A DNA stretch of 61,493 nucleotides, the filler included, from Choristocarpus tenellus KU-1152 (Eukaryota > Protista > Phaeophyceae), in NCBI GenBank assembly GCA_964200185.2. It is 11 parts of 11 records of this genome, joined end to end, with 100 filler letters (N's around TTAATTAATTAA, not from the genome) between each part and the next. Parts side by side here need not be neighbours in the genome. Positions count along the whole stretch, not along the records: positions 40,637 to 49,270 come from CAXNAD020004510.1; positions 49,371 to 52,402 come from CAXNAD020022807.1; positions 52,503 to 57,506 come from CAXNAD020012201.1; 8 more parts are not named here. One strand, 5' to 3'. The first letter of the stretch is position 1, and every line of letters starts with the position of its first letter. A program made the position numbers and the translations under genes. The notes below the pieces were generated by a model. That model did not search any database and had not been told where the DNA came from. It worked only from the letters and a program-made list of their open reading frames with translations. Of this stretch, positions 40,686 through 54,387 are shown one piece after another.

Positions 40686-41326
40686 AAAATAATCGAATGT
40701 GTGGTGGTTTTCAACAGATTGATACAGGAACAGGATCACATGCATCACGCACTCTGGATTGTCTAATCATTACTCCAGAATAATACCTATGTTTGGTGTG
40801 ATTCACATACGATGAAAGAAACAATATTTTAATTGCTGTTCCTGGTGTTCCTCAATAATTAAATGACCAAGGCTTGCATGTATGTCGGCTACTCGTACTC
40901 AATCGAGAAGTGTCAAGTAGCCCGAAACTGTCTACTTTAGAGCATATTACCAACTCCTGAATGAAGGAAATACCTACCTACTACATTGCGTAAACATACA
41001 GAAAAGTTCTGTTTTTCGATATAAAATAGTGCGTACATCAAGATTTGGACGTCTATTTCACTGTAAGTCCATTCTTCGCTTATGGATGACAAGCACCCAA
41101 AATGAGTATGGAACACCATTTACTTCTTGCTCCAAAAAAAATCGAAAACACTGTAAGTGTTTTGTTTTCAACCGTTTATTTGATTATGGTGTACAATTAG
41201 CATCCTCCACCTCATCACTAATTCATCAACAACAGTCAAATCAGCCTACATTACACGATTTCTCAAACAGAGGTTGCTTTCACAAGACTAACAGACAGTT
41301 TTGACACACAGTTCATTAGAAACCTA

Positions 41327-42298
41327 CACTCGTCAGACAAATTATACCTGATTCATCCCGTAGAAATCAATTCTCCACAAATCAATGCCCATTCCTGTCA
41401 TATAGCTTAGTTATGGGCATATCCTCACAAATCAAAGCAGCATTAGGAGTTAATTTTTTTAATTTGTGTATCCGAATCATTTGCACTCAATGATATTTCT
41501 GAGAGTGGTTTGGGACAAATCTTTGGGCAGCAAAATGAAATGTTGACAAACCAATACTCGGCGATTCATACAACTTCTGCTCACAATGGCAAATCATTGT
41601 CGAAGGATTCAAACCAACGTATTTTTTACCAGTGAATCGTTTCTACATGATTCACAGATGGGCAAGTGGTACAACAAGTTTCTGTACATGTTTTTAACAG
41701 AGTGGTGGTACCGATAAGCAAAATGCAACCGCTGGTTATTGATATACAAAATAATACATGGGCGTATGTTTTCAACTTGAAAAATTGAGGGACACCGACG
41801 TGACATAATACAGAGGGATGTTACCCAACACCCTACTTGGGTTTCCACGATGTATTAGTTTAGCAGAGGGGTTACATTTTAATACTGTTGATGGAACGAC
41901 AAGAGAACGAAGTACTTTCATGTAATAACAGTAGTAGTAACCTATGATCTGTACAAGATTGTTCTTTCCTGTTAAATCGTGACGTAAGATTTGCGCGTAA
42001 AGATGAGGTACGGACAGATCACCCAATACACAATTATCTTCTCTTGATACATAGGGACAAATCATTTACACATGCCAACAAAATGGTGAGTGATAACTAC
42101 AAATCACGTATACATGGTAACCAACAAAGGTTACGTCGGCAAACCAGGATTTGTACATCATTCCTCAACATTGGATTGTACTCAGTACATGATTCGGACA
42201 ACTTTACCAAAACCTTCACATACAATTATTTTTACGTATTTTTTTCTTACTCATTTGTACTTGACAAATGAGGTACAACATGATTTCTCTGACATGTC
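41327..42298. mobile_element. Short (~970 bp), diverged copy of the CAC-TIR element
   Basis: Left end CACTCGTCAGACAAATTA...CCATTCCTGTCATA and right end CATGATTTCTCTGACATGT align with the ends of 29276-31497. The central segment is absent. Confidence 0.75.
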
Positions 42299-42476
42299 CA
42301 AATCTATCAACAAGTCAGTAGAGACCTTGCTGGTAGAGCAAACCATTGCACCATAAATCAATGGACAAATAAAAAAGAAATTAAGTACAGATAACAAAAT
42401 CTGCCATCCCAACATACCTTACGACATAAAAATAGATGAGGATCAGATGTCAACATTATCTTACGACCAAGGCCAA

Positions 42477-45400
42477 TCAGGCCGTCACAGACTTCCTCTT
42501 ATCCCTTTTCTTCTTCCGTTTCTTCTTCTCTCCTTCTCCTCCCCCATCCTCAGCACGTTTTAGGCTACTGACGACCTCTCTACCGCTTAATCCACCTTCT
42601 ACCCCCTCCAGCTTCCCATCTCGCCCCTCATCTACCTCCTTTATTACCACCTTCCCACCTGAGGCAACAACTGCAACATTCAGTTGCTCACCCTCCCTCA
42701 TCTCAGGTCCTACGTTAACCACATCATTCTGTGTCTCAAGAGTTGTACCACCCGCAGACCTGCGACCTTTTTTCTTTTTTCCCATTTTTCCATTTGATAC
42801 ATCATTCTCAGGGCCTTCCATCTCTTTGCTGCTAGACGTGACTGCTGACGAACACGTCTCAGCAGTCGGCAAAACCAGTCCAAGCACAACCTCCCGGTGA
42901 TTTCCCCCTCCCTTGTCACTCCTTTCTCCTGGGATGGCCTTTTTTCGCCTCTTTTTTGACTTTCTTACACTGGTTCTGTCATCCCCCTCCAACTCCCTCC
43001 CACGGTCAACCTCCACAGTGCCTTCACAATTGGAGACTCTCTCACTCATCAAATCCTTCCTTTTTCTAGTTTTACTATTCTTCACATCCATATCCATCTC
43101 ATCCGAATCATATTCATCACTGTCCTTCCCACTACGCCCACTATCCCCCTTGTCGACACCCGCTGCAGGAGCAACATTAAACACAACTCTATCCCCAATG
43201 ATGACCTTATCCCTTGACAGCCCCCCTTCCTCCTCTTCATCGCTGCTGTCCTCCATCCTGTCTATCATTGATCCACCCATAGCCCCCACACTTCCCCCAC
43301 TCCCTTTGCCATTCTCACCAAGAATGGATGGCACCCCTGTCCTTCCCCCTTGTTTTGATATCTCACTTGACCCTCCAGGGGCAGAGGGGTCAGCAATGAG
43401 GAGACGCATGGATGAAAGAGTATGTTCCACCAAATATGAGGACTGAAGCAGACGGTCTAGGCGCTGGAAATGTCGGTCTGAGTATGGAAGGAGGCCACGA
43501 ACAAGTTCTCCACAACCCTGGAACAGGTTATTGCATTTGAGGTGAAAGGTAACAAAAGTAAAGCAAGTCCCTGATATTAGACAATCTGCATTGAAGTCAA
43601 CAGTATCAATCTTTTTTCAAACCTGTATTTAACTCTACTACTCCAATGTCACCCTCACAGCAACAAGTTAATGATCTGCTCTATGTGTAACACAATCAAT
43701 CACAGGTATCCAAATCACAGAATGCAAATAAAATCGAAACCTGAGTTGTGGTATTTCATTTTCTGTTGACTGGGGTGGATAAAAGGGGATCACAAACTTG
43801 TTTGCTTGAATGCCAGCAGTATGAACAAAACATAAACAATCCCGATTTAAAAAATAAAAGTATTAATAACATAGTAAGTGCCCACCCGCACAAAACTTGC
43901 AATCAAGGAGTTGATTCAACAAAGTGCTCATATTCTTATCTCCACTTGAGCCGTATCCTGAGACTAGGATTGTTTGCATTACCATATATAGCTCCAACCC
44001 GTGGAAAGAGGTACTACAAACTACCCTACTTGTCTGACCGGATAGATGCTAATTAAACGTCTTAGATATCACATCCGTCACCTGCTTTACGCATGCATTA
44101 TGCACAAGAGCAAGAGACAAGAGAAACACTAACCCTAGCCCTCACCTCCACTTTCTTAAGCGAAGATAATCCAACACAACGAAGGATGCTCCCTAGCAAA
44201 GCCTGCACCACTACAGAGCGCCTGGCATTGGTGTTCCAGTCCTTGCAGTATGATAGGCACTGCCCCAAGACGCTCAGGTCCCACTTCACCACATGATCAT
44301 CTAGACGGCGTGAAGACATCTCCGTACACACTGTTGAACAACCATCACAATGGAGGTAAATGCATTAAGTTGAATGAGGCCATTTCTTATCCTCATCACA
44401 TTTTTTATTCTCAAAAATAACAAAGGAGGAACAAGTACAGTATGCCGCCACACTGGTATATCCACTCGGGACATGAACATCCCACTAACTACACTGACTG
44501 TGATCCTCAGGGTGCAATCGCTGCCAAAGCCACCTGTCACTGAGAGGGATGAATTTTCTCACCAGGGCTTGGTTCGATCACAGGTTCTGCATATGAAGTC
44601 ATTTACAGCAATAAAGTCAGTTCCAAAAGTATGCAATTGATGCGCCCTGAACAATGACCTTTGTTTGCAATACTTCAATTCAGTCCTCTTGCAAAGGAAC
44701 AGCATAAGAGTCTGCCCACTCATGTTCATACACACACAGTATTATTTCCAAGCCCAAGGGATACAATGTGTCGCAATCGTATCTCCTTCATGGAAAGAAG
44801 GAGACCACCCAAGGGAGGCAAACCCCATTAACTACCGATTCTAAAAACTCTTCCAATCCACAAATAAACAGGTGCAAAAATCAACTGTAAATGCTCTACT
44901 CTTTTATTGTGATAAACGTCAACAGATGACTCTCCCTCCCATTATTTGTTGCTCATACCAAATCATCTTACACTTTACATGTGCTGCTGGCTCAACTTTG
45001 TTTGGCATCACTGACCAGCATAGAAAACTATACTAACCCTTAACCCTGGATGCATGTGTAAAATTTTGTATGAACTCAAATTTCACATTGACTGGACCAA
45101 CACAAGATTAGTAAACTAAAGACACTAATACTAATTGATAACAATAAACAAATAACACAAGTTATGATGCCAACAAAAAAAAAAGCCTGCGATCCATGGC
45201 TCATCTCTGTGAAGATGTACCTTCTGTTGTCACAAACCACAACCTTCGTTGAAACAATTCATTCTCCATCCCTGCAGTTAAATGACAAGCCAAGTATTCC
45301 TTGAAGACATGGCAAAAAATCAGGAGAGACAACTGAACAGACATCCCTACTGCAGAGGAAAAATCTTGTTTGGAATTCAAAGCTGGTCCCCCAATTAGCA

Positions 45401-47040
45401 CAACACAATGGACAGCTCAAGATGAACCAGAGGAAAGGGTGCGCATTTGACAGCTAAAGCACCCTCCCCCCCACCATATCTTGACATTCTAGTGTGGGAA
45501 CTAGGGGGCACAGTCACAGAGTAGTGCTCACCACAGCAGGCTATACCAATTATTCACTCAGCACCAGTGGCACCACAATAGAGAGGAGAGGTACCTTTGC
45601 CTACCTAAGAAAAATAAACATCAATATATACTGTCCAAGGTCAATGCCGTGCCACTTAATGAAAAAAAAAACGATTTCTGAGCTAATCACTCGAAGAATT
45701 TGTAGTTGTCAATTGTCCAGGTGTCTACAATATTGAAGATGTGTAAATAGTAGTAACTACCATTAGATACTGCTCCCTCATCTGCACTCACCTTCAGTCC
45801 AATCATACACTATGATAAATACAAAAGCCTGATTACAACACAGTTCCTTCATACTGGCAACAACAAACCAACACAAGGCCAAGTAGAGCTGCCCATGTGC
45901 ATAATGCAACCCCCCACTCCACATTTGTGCACCACAACGGCCTCGGTCAGAGCAATGCAGTCACATCAGAAGAAATACGCACATCTATGCAAGTTCGAGT
46001 AAAAAAAAATCCATCTCACTTTGCAAAAATGGCACAATATGGTCAACCATATGTTGTTGTCCACTCTAGGGGTTTCTACACTATGCTGACCTCACCTTCT
46101 TCCTCTTCATTGCCAACATTTGCGCCATCTAACTCCTCTGTCATTGTGGCCCTCAAAACACTCCACAAGCGCTGCGGACGCCTTAGCTCCAGAGCCAGCT
46201 CTATAGCAGGTCCGTAGTCCTTATCCCGCAATTTGTTAAGCAGCTCCTGTTCTTTCAGAAGGGCCAATTCTCTTTCTGCAATCACCTTCTCCTGTAGTAT
46301 ATATTGAATCAAGCCATGATATGGAAAGGTCAAGGAAGGTTACCAAGCAAACGCATCATATTGGTTCAACGTGACATCTCCAGTAAATGTCATTGGCCTA
46401 AATTATACTCATTGTGCGCTACTTCCTACTCCTCCAGCTTAGAACTGCTTCAAAATGCCCAACACAGGGTATACCAAAATTTGAAAATCAGAAGGATAAT
46501 ATTCAGACAGGTTACAGGGTGGGGGGAATGGAGGACAGCTGGGTGTCCACAGTAAGCACACTTTCAAGATATAGGGAGAGGATGTTACAACCAACGATGA
46601 CACGAGCAAGACCAAGGCACAGACCAAGGAAACAAACATAGTGAAAACACTGCGTAGAATAAAACAATACTACAAAACTGAAAAAAATGAATATATACTT
46701 TTTAAGTGCGCTGTTCATGTAACTATAACGTAAATAACTCCAACATAAAACCAAAGCACAATCAATACCGCCAGTCATTGAACTCTTTTAACTATTCACA
46801 CAAAAGAACAAGTAGAGTACAAAACAAATGAAACAAACAAAACTAACCTTTTCTCAATCAACACAGAGTAGCCATTTCAAACACACTACACCAACACTTG
46901 CCTCCTCCCTAACTGTGATGTCCCTCCAAACGTTTATTACCGAGTCTGCACCCCCACTGACCACAACCAGCTTGGAGTTCACACACTTGTTGGCGTTCCC
47001 CGTGTCACCATCATCACCATCCTCGTTAGTTTCTTCTTCA
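42477..47040 (-). CDS. UTP13: UTP13/TBL3 (SSU processome WD40 protein), 3' part
   Basis: Exons ~47040-46902 (VSGGADSVINVWRDIT; GC donor), 46291-46096 (EQELLN...AIELALELRRP), 44330-44146 (CKDWNTNARRSVVVQALL) and 43517-42477 (LLPYSDRHFQRLDRLLQSSYLVEHTL, then a low-complexity tail). These are Utp13 C-terminal domain motifs. Confidence 0.9.
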
Positions 47041-47448
47041 GTTGGGGTACCAGGCAGTTGAAAGAGGATTAACCAAAGTGTTACTGTATTGACTCATTTT
47101 TCAGTTATCATTATCATCAGAAGTGTATCAGTAATATAACTATTATCATCACACTGTCCCACCTAAACAGTACAGCAGCAGAAGAGAAGACATAGTAAGC
47201 TATCTATTGCACATTCCTCACCCCAATTAATAATAAATATGAAATAGTCTACAACAGCAACAGACACCAATGACACACTCCGAGCATCATTTGATAAGGA
47301 GACAATCACTACCAGACAGAAACAATACGCACACAGTAACACATGACAAGGCATGGGCAAAAATCGCCTGTCAAGGTTGAGATCCTCTGCGCACGTCTAT
47401 GTTCATACTACACCTACAACTCTTGGCAATTGAGCAAATCCATGCCGT

Positions 47449-47473
47449 GGTTAGGGTTAGGGTTAGGGTTAGG
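47449..47473 (+). repeat. Interstitial telomere-type repeat (TTAGGG)~4; oppositely oriented (CCCTAA)~3 at 47871-47891
   Basis: Read directly. Confidence 0.9.
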
Positions 47474-48038
47474 AGTGAATGAGCAATTGTAATGCCTTCC
47501 ATTGATATTGTGGCATTATGGTTGTGTAGGGGCTATGAAGAGGTCGTGTTAAGTTTCAAGAGTACCAAATCAGAGAAAAATTTAATGTTTTTGCAACCAT
47601 TGGGCGGGCTACAGATTATTATTTTTTATTTATAAGAGACAAAAAAAAAAGAAGACGATTTTTGCTCTGAGTGCAACATACCCTATCGCATTGATGTACT
47701 GCGTTAATGTAAAAAAAGAAAAGAAAAAGAAAAGTGTACCGGAATTGTTCCTCTTCACCCTCGTGCATTTTTTTTTTCTTTTACTATTATCTCCTTGGTC
47801 ATCTGACTTTTGTGCACATTCACTGCATGTGTGTTCACAGTTCAATGCACTTGGTACAATAGTAGGATATCCTAACCCTAACCCTAACCCCCAAATCAAT
47901 ATGTACAGTTCGGTCTTGGTTTTCCACCTCGAGTGCAGGCGTAAATGTCTAGGAGATACGGCCTATATGTCGTCTGTTTTTGTTTTTAATTTTTTTCAAA
48001 TCTTGAAATCGCCTTCCATGGGTATTGATGGGACACAG

Positions 48039-49090
48039 GTACTTCCCAGATATCAAGCTGTACATGCCTCAGGGGGCATACACCTCGTCGCATACATTTG
48101 CTCACCTCTCTGGATACATGGTGATGAAGGTTGAGGAAAAGGCTCCAATTGGTGAGGATGAATGTCTCTTTAAAGGTATACCTTGGAGAGTTTCTCACTC
48201 GCGGAAGGCGTGTGTGCAGTACGTGTATATTTTTTATTATTTTTTTGGCAATGTACTGTTTCAAAAGGTTTTTTTTGCATGAAATATGTATGTGTATATA
48301 TGGTGTGGTAAGTGACATTTTATGTTTTGATGTATGTAATTTTTGGAGTTGATTTTTTTTTAGAATGTCCCTGAGTGTACACTGCAACAGAAGAGCCCAT
48401 AAAAACACATACACACATTTTTCTTCTAGTTACGTACCACATAGCACCATCATCATTGTTTTATGTTGTTTTTTCATTTTTTAGCATTCTCTTTTTTGTT
48501 AGGGTTAGGGTTGTCTATGTTATCTATCTACACATGTGTTATCTACACATGTGTTATCTACACATGCAGGGAGCAGGTATGCGCTATGTTGAACACTTTT
48601 GTGACTTACTTCACTGTTCCCACATCATGCAACACCTCTGTGTATATAGACCTGATGTAAGTAAATCCTTTTCATGCACCGCCTCCTGCCATAATATCAA
48701 AATTACCCCCCCAAAAAATAAATAAATAAATGTATATATATATATATATATATGTATCTGTAAATTGTTGTTCGTGATTGGAGAGCAGGTAGCGAAGCTG
48801 CAGCAGGAGGATCGGGGGAGACTAAGTCTGGAGGTGAGGCTAAGAGTCCCTTGAAGAGCCCTGCAAGAGATGGATCTAAAGACGGATGGTCATCTTCTGG
48901 GAACAAGAAAGAGAAGAAGGAGACCCCCACTGTCATTCGAGAGGTGAAGGTCTTGAAGGAGGTGGTTGTGTGCAAGGATCCACCGGTGGTGCACGTGTTT
49001 GACGTCATTGAACATGGGAGGCGTTTCTTCAGGACGCTTGTGTTCTCCTCTGATGCGGGGTTGTCTTTGGTCGGTCGACCTCCCACTGGG
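48039..49090 (+). CDS. Two internal exons of an unidentified protein
   Basis: 48039-48151 (YFPDIKLYMPQGAYTSSHTFAHLSGYMVMKVEEKAPI) and 48789-49090 (...VHVFDVIEHGRRFFRTLVFSSDAG...) have CAG/GT sites and a consistent phase-1 join. Confidence 0.65.
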
Positions 49091-49370
49091 GTGAGATGAT
49101 TGTGATATTTGTGATATTTGTGATATTTGTGATATTTGTGTTAGGGGTGGGTGGTTGGTTGTAGATTGTGGTGGTGGTGGTGGTGGTGGTGGTGGTGGTG
49201 GTGGTGGTGGTGGTGGTGGTGGTGGTGGTGGTGGTGGGGGTGGTGGGGGGGGTGGAGGGTGGGGGGAGGGNNNNNNNNNNNNNNNNNNNNNNNNNNNNNN
49301 NNNNNNNNNNNNNNTTAATTAATTAANNNNNNNNNNNNNNNNNNNNNNNNNNNNNNNNNNNNNNNNNNNN

Positions 49371-51708
49371 CAGCACCACGTCTGCCCCGGCCATTACGCC
49401 CACGGACACCACCACCTCCCCGCCCCCCCACAGTCCTGAGCAGAGTCCCCTCACCCTTGCCCTCAATTGCATCCTCACCACAGCTCACTGTACCGGCGCG
49501 CTGATGTTCAACACCACATACATTCCCACCTCGGTTGCCGCATCCACCACTGTCAGAGCTCTCTGAGGTGGTGGTGCCTGTTCTAGAGGAGCCTTTCTCA
49601 TCCCTAACAGTTGATTGCATCCCAGTATCTACTACCCCATTTGTGGGGGTGAGGTAATGCCACACCAATAGCAGCAAAACGGTATTAGAGTTAGGGCTAG
49701 GTAACATGGCCATACACTATTATTATTGCAAGGCATTGCGTTGCTATTATTATTGGTCGTAGTCTGAGGGGACTCCAAATTGTGGGCAAAGGGGGTAGCT
49801 AGAGCATAAATTACAAGAAAATAAATGAGAAAATACAAATAAAAAAATACTACAAAAAAATAAGATAAAGGTATTTGATTACATGATAGTTTTTTTGTTC
49901 CTCTTCGCATCTTAAATTTTTTTTAAAGGAGAGCTCTCCTCTTAAAAAAAAAAAATAGGACAGGGAATTCAAGCAGATAATTCATTACGGCTCTTCCGGT
50001 TTGTAGCAGAACACTAAGAACTATGCAATAAATCTCTCAGTTTTTACCCCCTATAAACAGTAATACACAATCTAATTTCTTATTTGGAACTAATGTTTCA
50101 GAGATTTCAAATATCCTCATCAACATGAACACCAAACAATGGACAACTGCCCGAACCCAAGAACGATCGGGTCACCTGTTGCAGCAGGCTATGGTATGTA
50201 TGGAACAGTATGGTGAGGGGGGAAATTCTTACGTACCCATCGCAGCAAGCCGCCAAGACACTCTCAGATATAGACACACTCCAAGTGCTAGACCATAAAC
50301 CACAGAGGTACAGGAGTCTCAGCGCTATACATCAAAATCTCGTCAAAACTGATTGCAGATCACCAAGAGTCGTTAAGCACTATCAGACTCCTTGAGTGCA
50401 CTTTATCCTTTTTTTACTGGTCAGTCAAACATCATGCTGTTCAATAGCCTTATACCACATGATACACAGTCTGCTCAAAATTGCAACCATGGGCTAGCGC
50501 TAGATATATAATGACATGCATTCAAAACATCATCACACTAAAGTGATCGCTCATTACCCAACTAAAAACACCAGCCAAGCAATCATCAGTTTGAGTTTCT
50601 CCCCTCCCCCACCAATCACAACCCCAACTGTATATTTCCCCTTCCTCACCTCCACCATCAGCACCCCTCAATGCCACACCCCCTCCACTGAAATGAGAAA
50701 CACCACCACAATCAGCTGCCCTGCTTGCTTCATAAGCCATACCACCGTAGCCCATCCCATAGCTCATCCTGTAACCCCCACTGCTGTAAGTAGCAGCACT
50801 CATGCCACCAGGTCCCAACACCCATGGGGGGTAGTTCTGCATCCCTCCAGTCACTGCCGTAGGCACTGAACAGGGATATGGATTCTGCTCTGGAGCCACC
50901 TCTGCTTCTGCCTGTTCTACCTCCTCTGTTCTCATTGCCCCAGAGCTCGTCCCCGAGGACTCCAACAGGACAGGAGGCACCCACTCATCACCCTCAGGCT
51001 GTGCCCATCCCTCAGCATCCGCTCCTGCTTGCATCTCTATAGCCCAGCCTTCCTCCATTTTTCCTGGAGACCCTCTACCAGATGATGCCCGACCCGGTGA
51101 GCCAGTCATGCTCCCCATTGTTGCCCCTCCTGCACTCCAGGCCTCTAACGTAGCTCCCACCACAGTCACCACATTCCCAGTGCTAGAAATCCCTGCTCCA
51201 GACCCAGGTGCAACCGCCCCAGAGCCTTCAGAGGACTCCTTCTTACACTCGTCTCCTCCTGCTCCCGACAACCCACCATCTTCTACACACTCCTCCATTC
51301 CGTTGTCCACCACAAGCCTGGTATCTGTTGGGGATGACTGACATGTCATTCCACTTCTAGGCGACAGGGATGACTGCGATGAGGATGAAGTCACTGGTGG
51401 TACCAACTGTGTTTCAGATGGTGGGACTGTAGGGAGGGGATGGGGTAAAGGAAGCTGAAGCTCTGGCGGCCATGGAGTGTGTGACGGAGATTGTTGGCCA
51501 GACTCGTCCATACAATCAACAGGGGGCAAGCTCAACGGCAAGGAGGCATCACTCTGTGGCAAGAGTCGGGACCGGCACTTCTTCTCAGCAGGGAAATCAT
51601 TGTCAAACTTCCTCTTCGCTAGGGGCGCCACAAAGTCCTGCCCGGTGTAGACCTGCAGGTAAGGCCTGTCCTTGAGGTACTTCTTGAGGTGAGCTCGCAT
51701 TGGTGCCT
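49371..51708 (-). CDS. Low-complexity protein with a BRK-like motif, internal exons
   Basis: Exon ~51708-50650 begins APMRAHLKKYLKDRPYLQVYTGQD, resembling the second half of the BRK domain (AP...L..WL..HP.YEV). The next exon is 49631-49371 (phase 1). A hexamer repeat at 51711-51767 forms the polypyrimidine tract. Confidence 0.6.
50150..50400 (+). mobile_element. Possible very old RTE LINE scrap in an intron
   Basis: KPQRYRSLSAIHQNL loosely resembles RTE RPEHYAKLRTAHHQLL. Weak. Confidence 0.25.
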
Positions 51709-52334
51709 CTGGCAAAGGCAAAGGCAAAGGCAAAGGGAAAGGGAAAGGGAAAGGGAAAGGGAAAGGGAGAGAGGAGGATTACAACAGCCACCAACAAAGT
51801 TGATAAGAAGCGAGGGAGAGAAGAGGGACAAGGAATCACTTATTCAAAACAAAACAAAAAACAGGGCAAGGGAGCACAGGGTTGATACCCGTAGTGCTTG
51901 CCTGAGCAGAAGATGCTAAAAGGTCTCTAGAGAGGGGGTTGTAGGACAATGCCCTCCTTTCAGACAATCCGTACTACACACCATCAAGAAATGACCACAT
52001 TGGAGACAAAGAGGGAGAGGAGTCCTCCGGGTGGATCAGTGATGAGTGCACCAAACGACTCCATCCATCCTACTCCACAACAAAAACCACACACTACGGT
52101 GGCCCCCCCCTTCCCTTCACTTTCTACAATTGACAACAGCAATAGCGGGTGTAGGAGCACTATTGCAAGGGCCTTTTGAAACAACTAAACATCCAGTCTC
52201 AAACCCCACTGCATCACGGTACTGTAAGTGACTAAACCCTTTTTTTAACCTCACATGCCCTAAGATACATAGATGATAAATGTATGATATATATATATGG
52301 TGCATGCATGACATGTATTTCATTCCCCCTGTGT

Positions 52335-52368
<34 letters not shown>

Positions 52369-52546
52369 ACCCCCCCCCCCCCCCCCACACCCCCCCCCCC
52401 CCNNNNNNNNNNNNNNNNNNNNNNNNNNNNNNNNNNNNNNNNNNNNTTAATTAATTAANNNNNNNNNNNNNNNNNNNNNNNNNNNNNNNNNNNNNNNNNN
52501 NNAAAAAGAAAAAGAGAAAACCACAACAAAAAAAAAAAAAAAAAAA

Positions 52547-52578
<32 letters not shown>

Positions 52579-52776
52579 GACCAAACGAGATCGAAAACAT
52601 ACAATAACTTTTCTGGATTCCTAAGGCTTGTCTAACAAGACCTGTGGTTACAATACACAGTTCAGTTCTATGCTCTAGAAGACCGAGAACACAAAATATG
52701 TGACCAGGCATGCATCAGATACCGTGCACAAACTTCTCAGGTCTTTCTTTCTCAGAACTCTTCCAAGACTTATTAC

Positions 52777-54197
52777 CTTCCGGCACTCCCAGTCACAACG
52801 TGACTTGGGTCGTGAAACAGCTGCAGCAGCGGCAGCTGCTGCTGCCATCGCCATCGCTGCCCCTCCGCTTCCTGTGTAGGGCAAGGAGATCACCCCAGCT
52901 GGAGTGGGGGAATGGGTTGAATGTGGTAGAGGCAGAGTTGAACATATAAAACAAGAATAAGATTAGAGTGTCATATTACAGTCAGAGGTTCTGTTATGCG
53001 GAGTCATCACTAAGTCGCAGACACAAATCATAAAAATAAACACCTTCTTGGAAATGACCATGTTAAACATTGTGGGAAAGTTGCAAGGCTCTGAGCTACC
53101 CGTATATGGCAGGGGTGGATGTGAAAGTGATTACACATGTGTTTTTGTGTGTTGCGATAAGCAGGAGGCACGCCAAGTGTGTACCAAAATTGGGCGTCAT
53201 GGCGTCTTATCAATCAGTGAATACATCTCAATTCATACACGACTACAGCAATGATTTGAAGTGTGCATAGAGGGAAACCTTCAAAGATAACAGGCTGCCG
53301 AATAAGGTATATAGTAATAAATGCGGAATACTTACGCCACATCCCAAATTGCCACTATGCAAAGTTCTTTTAACGCCACACGCCTGTCACAAATACGCAA
53401 TCCCCTATAAATCATAAACTCGATAAAGTACAGAACGTAGAAAAAAGGAGGAGGGAAATGTATAAATTTACCGTCCCCGCTCGATCTTCCAGGTTAATCA
53501 CACCTAGAAACCAATGCTCGCCTAATGTTCGAAAGGAAAGAGAGAACAAAGGCGAATATTGTGCAGCTCGCAACACCCCCGCATATACCAAGGGCCTTAT
53601 GCAGGTACTCGCTTACCTCCCCCATTCCCCTCTCCAAACGAAAGCGATCTCTCTTGCCGCCCTCTCTCGCGTCCTCCTCCACTTCCACTGATGCTTCCCT
53701 GCGATCTGAGACACGACAACACCGTCGGCATCGTGGCGAGGCAAATGAGATGAAGCAGTGGGGAGGGCAATGCTCTCGGTCAGCGCATTGATTGTTGTCT
53801 GCCATCCCAGTCCGTAGGTCTCTGACTCTCTTTCCTTCCAGGATTCTCCTCCTGGGGTTGGTATGCTCGGTGCGGCGCTGGCGGCGACGTTGCGTGAATA
53901 GGAGTCGAGAGGAGGAAGGCTCTCGGCCCCCCATCACCTTTGTCCACCCCTCCATTCGTCCCGTGGCGAAGGGGAGCGATGCCTGTAGATATCTTGGTCG
54001 TCGTCCCTGTACCTTCGGTCTCGATCTCTGCTGTCCCTGTCCGATTCTCTCCCTCTCACATCTCTGTGAATCCTACCATCTCTGTCTCGATCCCCGTTTC
54101 TGTCTCTGCCCCAGTCTCTGTCGCGATCCGACCGATAATCTCCCCTATCCCAATCCCTTTCGCGTTCCCTGCTTCTGCTTCTGCCTCGAGAGTTCAT
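52777..54197 (-). CDS. RD/RS-rich RNA-binding protein with RanBP2-type zinc finger (RBM5/RBM10-like), 5' part
   Basis: Exons 54197-53938, 53705-53617 and 52871-52777 are phase-consistent: MNSRGRSRSRERERDWDR... ending CDWECRK, the start of a W-x-C-x2-C finger. Confidence 0.7.
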
Positions 54198-54387
54198 GAT
54201 CAAAACTCACGTAATGTTACACCCGTCCCCCTTCTCCCCACCACCATGTCTCTTCTGATCTATGACATTTCGGGTATACCCTTTATTTGTCAATATATTT
54301 GATGGATTTTAAAGATGTATCCCACCAAATCAGATATTTAGTATATTAGTCCAACAACATAGTTTCTTCTGGGACTACAACTTGCTT

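Noticed and set aside
42436-43446. Plus-strand Ser/Pro-rich ORFs (154 and 177 aa)
   Set aside because: They are antisense shadows of the UTP13 last exon. The same applies to the plus-strand ORFs over TKL and the RD-rich gene.
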